Below, one piece after another: positions 59,170 to 64,000 of a stretch of DNA of 64,000 bases; positions within the stretch are counted from its first letter, which is position 1; each line of letters starts with the position of its first letter. The DNA is taken from contig JAHKLY010000002.1 of assembly GCA_020854825.1 (NCBI GenBank), forward strand, positions 96,001 through 160,000, read 5' to 3'. A model generated the notes under the pieces. That model made no database searches and had not been told where the DNA came from. It was given only the letters and a program-made list of their open reading frames with translations. The stretch comes from Candidatus Micrarchaeota archaeon. Lineage in GTDB: Archaea > Micrarchaeota > Micrarchaeia > Anstonellales > JAHKLY01. The position numbers and the translations under genes were made by a program.

Positions 59170-60834
59170 ATGGTAGAAGAAGAGCTTAAGAACAAAGGAA
59201 CACCTGATGCAAAAAATTATTATCACAAAGGAAACGTTTATTTTGAAAAAGGGAATTATGAAAAAGCTATTGAAAATTATAATATGGCCATAATTCTAAA
59301 CCCTAATTTTTCAGAAGCATATTTTTCAAGAGGGCTAGCATATTATAATTTAAAAGACTTCACTAAATCTGCAAGAGATTATACTAAATCTATGGAACTA
59401 GACCCTAATAATCCTGTTATATACAATAACAGAGGAGATGCATATTACAGAAAACAAGAATTTGATAAAGCAATAAAAGATTATGATAAAGCACTTTCAT
59501 TAAATCCAAGATATTTAAAAGCATACTACAATAGAGGATTAGCATATGCATGTAAACAAAATTATGAAACAGCTATTGAAGATTTTAATAAAGTAATAGA
59601 ATTAAATCCAAACTTTGCAGAAGCATATCATGTACGAGGATTAGCATATGATTATATGAATCAAATGGATAAAGCTATGCAAGATTATGATAAAGCAATA
59701 GAATTAAACCCCAATTTTACTGAAGCTAAACAACACAGAGAATTAGCAAAAAGTAAAGCAGAAGGAGGAGAATATGAAACTTCCTCAATTGGAGGAGGAG
59801 AAAAAGGAAAAGGAGTAAATGCAGCTAAATTATTAGAAAAACCTAACATGTCTTTTGATGATGTTGCGGGCATGAAACAATTAAAAGAAACAATTAGAGA
59901 AAATATTGTTTATCCTATGATGAAACCTGACTTAGCTAGAAAATATGGTAGGCTAGGGGGCGGGGGATTAATGCTTTATGGCCCTCCAGGTTGTGGTAAA
60001 ACATTTATATTAAAAGCAGCAGCAGGAGAATGTAAAGCATCATTTATGAATGTAAAATTATCAGATGTTTTAGACCAATATGTTGGGGGAACTGAAAAAA
60101 ATATACATAATATTTTTGAAATGGCAAGAAAAAATGCACCTTGTATCTTGTTTGTAGATGAAATAGATGCACTAGGAGGAAGAAGAGATAAAATGGGAGA
60201 AAGCGGCCAATATATGAAAGCAGCTGTTAATCAATTATTATATGAAATGGATGGAGTAGAAGCAAATAATGAGGATGTACTTGTAATAGGAGCAACAAAC
60301 GCACCTTGGGATGTTGATCCTGCATTAAGAAGATCTGGAAGATTAGGTAAAACTATTTATGTAGGTGAACCAGACTTTACTTCTAGAAAAGCAATATTAA
60401 AAATTCATGCAAAAAAAAGACCATTGGGTAGGGCAGTTGGTTGGAATAGATTAGCAATAGCAACTTGTGGATATGCATCTGCAGATTTAAAGGCAATTGT
60501 TGATGATGCATGTGCAATTCCTTGGAGAGAAGCTTTCCATAAAGGAAATGAAAGAAATGTAGGAATGAACGATTTCTTAAAAGCAGTAAAAAAGAAAAAA
60601 TCTTCTCTACCCCCTTGGTATGCACAAGCAAATAAACAGATTGGACAACAAGAAGAAAAAACAATTGTAGATGGAAAAGAACATTTGAAGATAACAGAAA
60701 GTAAGATGGGACCTGCAGAAAAAGCGGCATTTAAAGAATTATTAGATGTTATAAAAAAGAATAATAAGTGGTACTACAAAATATATCGGTGGATAGTAAA
60801 ATACTTTGGATTATATTTCCCCATTCCAATATAG
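59170..60834 (+). CDS. TPR-repeat + classical AAA ATPase (Vps4/Cdc48-like module)
   Basis: About 5 TPRs (AYYNRG...AIELNP); FDDVAG, GPPGCGKT, FVDEID, ATNAPWDVDPALRRSGR. Confidence 0.88.
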   Translation: MVEEELKNKGTPDAKNYYHKGNVYFEKGNYEKAIENYNMAIILNPNFSEAYFSRGLAYYNLKDFTKSARDYTKSMELDPNNPVIYNNRGDAYYRKQEFDKAIKDYDKALSLNPRYLKAYYNRGLAYACKQNYETAIEDFNKVIELNPNFAEAYHVRGLAYDYMNQMDKAMQDYDKAIELNPNFTEAKQHRELAKSKAEGGEYETSSIGGGEKGKGVNAAKLLEKPNMSFDDVAGMKQLKETIRENIVYPMMKPDLARKYGRLGGGGLMLYGPPGCGKTFILKAAAGECKASFMNVKLSDVLDQYVGGTEKNIHNIFEMARKNAPCILFVDEIDALGGRRDKMGESGQYMKAAVNQLLYEMDGVEANNEDVLVIGATNAPWDVDPALRRSGRLGKTIYVGEPDFTSRKAILKIHAKKRPLGRAVGWNRLAIATCGYASADLKAIVDDACAIPWREAFHKGNERNVGMNDFLKAVKKKKSSLPPWYAQANKQIGQQEEKTIVDGKEHLKITESKMGPAEKAAFKELLDVIKKNNKWYYKIYRWIVKYFGLYFPIPI

Positions 60835-60844
60835 GAGAGATCAA

Positions 60845-62329
60845 ATGACATTTAAAAATATAATACTCACAATCTTTCTCTTAATTCTATTTATCCCAAT
60901 ACATTATGCATTATTAAATATTCCCGTCAATCAAATAGATGAAAGTTTAAATGCATCTGTATTAATTAAAGAAAAAGAATTTACTAAACCAATAGAAGAA
61001 ATAACAATATTAGCAACTATTGAAAATCCAGTAAATAAACGATTTGTTTTATATTTATTAAAAAAAGAAGATATTGAATATAAACCTATCCAAACAATGG
61101 GAATTGCCGAACCTTATTCTATAATTAATTTAAATATAACTATTAAAACCGAATATTTGGGAACTCCTTATAAAAATAATACTTATGCTTTAGTACTATC
61201 AGACGAAGCAGGAATAATTAAAGGAAAAACTTTTTTATTACAAGAAGACTGGTCAAAATATGAATCAAATACTGCAGAAACAATTGCAAAAGCGCATATA
61301 CTTTTAGTCCCTGCAATATCTTTAATTTCAATATTAATTCTAATGATATTAATAGAATCTGCATTTCATAGACATATTAAAGGACTATTAGTTAATGAAT
61401 ATACCTTAAATTCATTATTTTTTCCAAAATTAAAAGATAGACCTTATGAAGAAAAAATAGCAAGTATAATGATGAATCCAATATTTTGGATTTTTGAACT
61501 ATTATTAGTAGGAGTATTATTTTATTTTATATTTAATTCCATAAATAATAAATTAAGTTTTGATATTACGGCACAATTATTTGCAATATCTGGTTTATCT
61601 GCGTTTTTATTTCCCTTAATCTACTTAGGATTGGTTTGGTTTTTAGAAATGAAACCTTTGAGATTTTTATGGTCATTATTTCTTTTTGGTTCAGTATCTG
61701 CATTATTTGCATTTATTTTGAATACTCTCATAGGAGAATTTATATTATCTACTTTCTTTTCAACATTAGCAAGTGGTTCTTTAATTTTAGTAAGTGCTGC
61801 TTTAATCGCACCAATAATTGAAGAATCTGTAAAAGGATTAGGATTATTAGTAATGTCAGGACACCATGAATATGATGATATACTTGCTGGTTTATTCTTT
61901 GGTTTTGCAATAGGAGTCGGATTCTCATTTGTTGAAAACTGGTTTTATTTTGCATCAAAGACTAATCCTTTTGAAATAGGATTTTTAGCATGGATTCAAT
62001 TAATTATATATAGATCCTTCTTTAATTCATTAGCACACGGTGCAATAACTGGAACGGGGGGTGCAATAATTGGATATTTAAAATCTTACACTCCTGCCAG
62101 AAAGTATATACGACTAGGATTTTTAGCTGCTTTATTAATAGCTATACCCTTACATTCATTATTTAATATTACTGCATTATTAGATGGAAATATAAAATCA
62201 ATTGATTTATCTTTAGGATTACCTTTTGTGTTTAATCCATTATTCGTTGTTTTTTTAACAATAATATTTGTTTGTATTTATTTTATAGGAACAAGTAATA
62301 GATTAAAAAGTATGGTGAATTCAAGATGA
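60845..62329 (+). CDS. PrsW-family intramembrane metalloprotease with an N-terminal extracellular domain
   Basis: APIIEESVK, GFSFVEN, AHG, LHSLFN. Confidence 0.88.
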   Translation: MTFKNIILTIFLLILFIPIHYALLNIPVNQIDESLNASVLIKEKEFTKPIEEITILATIENPVNKRFVLYLLKKEDIEYKPIQTMGIAEPYSIINLNITIKTEYLGTPYKNNTYALVLSDEAGIIKGKTFLLQEDWSKYESNTAETIAKAHILLVPAISLISILILMILIESAFHRHIKGLLVNEYTLNSLFFPKLKDRPYEEKIASIMMNPIFWIFELLLVGVLFYFIFNSINNKLSFDITAQLFAISGLSAFLFPLIYLGLVWFLEMKPLRFLWSLFLFGSVSALFAFILNTLIGEFILSTFFSTLASGSLILVSAALIAPIIEESVKGLGLLVMSGHHEYDDILAGLFFGFAIGVGFSFVENWFYFASKTNPFEIGFLAWIQLIIYRSFFNSLAHGAITGTGGAIIGYLKSYTPARKYIRLGFLAALLIAIPLHSLFNITALLDGNIKSIDLSLGLPFVFNPLFVVFLTIIFVCIYFIGTSNRLKSMVNSR

Positions 62330-63288
62330 AATTTGAAGAATTAAAAAATAAAAAAATACTTATTACATTTCATATTAATAGCGATATTGATGCTGTTGCT
62401 TCTGCTTGCATTTTACAAAATATTTTAGGTAATAATATTACATTATCCAATTATGGAAGGATGGATCATGATGCAAAAAAGTTAATTGAATTTTATAATA
62501 AAAAAATTGAAAAATGGGAAAACATTAATTTATTAGAATTCGAATATCTAATAGCAGTAGATGGACAAAATTATGGGATGTTTCCACATCTTAAAAATAA
62601 GAAAGTTGATCTTTTAATTGACCATCATAATTCCTCAACTGAAAAAATGCAAACTAAAAATGATATTATAGACCCAAATGCAATTTCAACAACTGAAATA
62701 ATATATTCCCTTATTAAAAAACAAAACATTAATATTAATTCAGAAACCGCCGAATTAATTTTATGTGGTATAATATCGGATTCATTAAGATATAAAGAAG
62801 TCTCAAAAAATTCGTTTTTATATTCAGAGGAATTAATAAAATTAATAAAAAATAAATATGAAAAACTAATAGAACTTTCAGTTCCTAGATTACCAAAAGA
62901 AGAATGTATAGGATTTATTAATTCTGCAAAAACTTTCAAATATGCAATTGAAAAAGAAATGATTATTATAACTGCAAAATGCCCTTCTTATACTGGAGAT
63001 ATTGCTACTGTTTTGAGTGAAACTGTGGCAGATGTGGTATTTACTACTGCACCAAAAGAACATAATACACTTATTAAAATTTCAGGAAGAACCTGGGTTG
63101 GATCAGGAGTTGAAATTACAACAATATTAAAAAAATTAGAAAAAAAATATAACGGAACTGGTGGGGGACATCCTTATGCTGCAGGTATGGATTTTCCTGC
63201 AACTCCAGAAACCATAAATAAATTACAGAATAAAATTTTACACAACTGTATGCAGTTATCAATTAAAGAAATAAAAAAGAACAAATAA
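62326..63288 (+). CDS. DHH/DHHA1 phosphoesterase (NrnA-like)
   Basis: HINSDIDA, IDHH, STTEI, GIISDS, GGGHPYAAG. Confidence 0.9.
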   Translation: MKFEELKNKKILITFHINSDIDAVASACILQNILGNNITLSNYGRMDHDAKKLIEFYNKKIEKWENINLLEFEYLIAVDGQNYGMFPHLKNKKVDLLIDHHNSSTEKMQTKNDIIDPNAISTTEIIYSLIKKQNININSETAELILCGIISDSLRYKEVSKNSFLYSEELIKLIKNKYEKLIELSVPRLPKEECIGFINSAKTFKYAIEKEMIIITAKCPSYTGDIATVLSETVADVVFTTAPKEHNTLIKISGRTWVGSGVEITTILKKLEKKYNGTGGGHPYAAGMDFPATPETINKLQNKILHNCMQLSIKEIKKNK

Positions 63289-63321
63289 AAATGCTTTCAT
63301 ATTTAATTAACTGGGATTAAT

Positions 63322-64000
63322 ATGGCAATAAATGAAACTATTCAAGATAAAATTGAAAAATTAAATAAATTACATATTCTTGGAATTAATCCTTATGCTT
63401 ATTCTTTTAATACAAATACTAAAACCATAGATTTACATAAAACGTATGACAATAAATTAACTCCTGAAGAAAAAACAAATATAGAAGTTAAAATCGCCGG
63501 TCGTTTGATGACAATAAGACGATTTGGAAAATTAATATTCTTAGACCTAGATGATGGGTATGGGAAAATTCAATTATGTGCAAAACAAGATGAAATGAAA
63601 GAATCTTTTAATTTATTAGATTTATTAGATAGAGGAGATTTTATTGGTACTGAAGGAATTATTTTTAAAACAAAAAAAGGAGAATTATCCATTTTGATAA
63701 AAACAATAACTCTCTTGACAAAATCTCTTGCATTATTACCAGATAAATGGGCAGGTTTAAAAGACATAGATGATAGATTCAGAAATAGACATGTTGATTT
63801 AATTATAAATTCTGAAACAAAAGAAGTATTTATTAAAAAAGCTAAAATATTAGAGTATATTAGAGACTTTATGACTTCAAAGGAGTTTTTAGAAGTTGAA
63901 ACTCCAATACTCCAGCCATTATATGGTGGAGCTAGTGCAAGACCATTCAAAACTTATTCTCACGCCTGGAAATCTGATTTTTATTTAGCAATTTCTCCAG
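63322..64000 (+). CDS. lysS: Class II lysyl-tRNA synthetase, 3'-truncated by the window edge
   Basis: GINPY, IAGRLMTIRRFGKLIF, RFRNRHVDL, FLEVETPILQPLYGGASARPF. Confidence 0.95.
   Translation, partial: MAINETIQDKIEKLNKLHILGINPYAYSFNTNTKTIDLHKTYDNKLTPEEKTNIEVKIAGRLMTIRRFGKLIFLDLDDGYGKIQLCAKQDEMKESFNLLDLLDRGDFIGTEGIIFKTKKGELSILIKTITLLTKSLALLPDKWAGLKDIDDRFRNRHVDLIINSETKEVFIKKAKILEYIRDFMTSKEFLEVETPILQPLYGGASARPFKTYSHAWKSDFYLAISP

Noticed and set aside
139-63950. Numerous short antisense or overlapping ORFs in the track (for example 1149..1397, 6243..7157, 23171..24252, 32937..33353, 46443..46999, 63570..63950)
   Set aside because: Shadow frames opposite or inside well-supported genes, with F/S/L/I-rich composition typical of antisense AT-rich DNA
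1-64000. Impression that + strand third codon positions shift from G-rich to C-rich across the window (possible replication terminus)
   Set aside because: Based on a few genes inspected by eye; needs a computed cumulative skew, and no convincing dif-like site was found

Overview
Very AT-rich archaeal chromosome segment, most consistent with a DPANN lineage such as Micrarchaeota. This assignment is inferred from the archaeal-type LeuRS, LonB, Dph6 and topoisomerase IA, BHB-type tRNA introns, largely leaderless genes with TATA boxes about 23 nt upstream of the start, and many orphan ORFs. Housekeeping genes (leuS, topA, truD, serS, tldD/pmbA, lonB, lysS, mgtE, P-type ATPase, RbgA-like GTPase) are interspersed with orphans, several interrupted genes and defence-like modules (HTH + DUF6036-like nucleotidyltransferase, two AAA/DUF4143-like ATPases, a UvrD-nuclease fusion). 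RNA genes are an SRP RNA and two intron-containing tRNAs (His-GUG with a 37/38 intron; Ser-GCU with a T-loop 56/57 intron). The most notable observations are: a plant-Whirly-like protein; two apparently homologous hairpin introns at different tRNA positions; repeats mimicking the tRNA-His 5' end; a switch-like structured RNA upstream of serS; an 11-aa Lys-rich micro-ORF with its own promoter, SD and terminator; and palindrome arrays with a 32-bp period upstream of both DUF4143-like ATPases. No CRISPR array, rRNA or transposase was seen. All family assignments come from motif recognition by eye; no searches were run.
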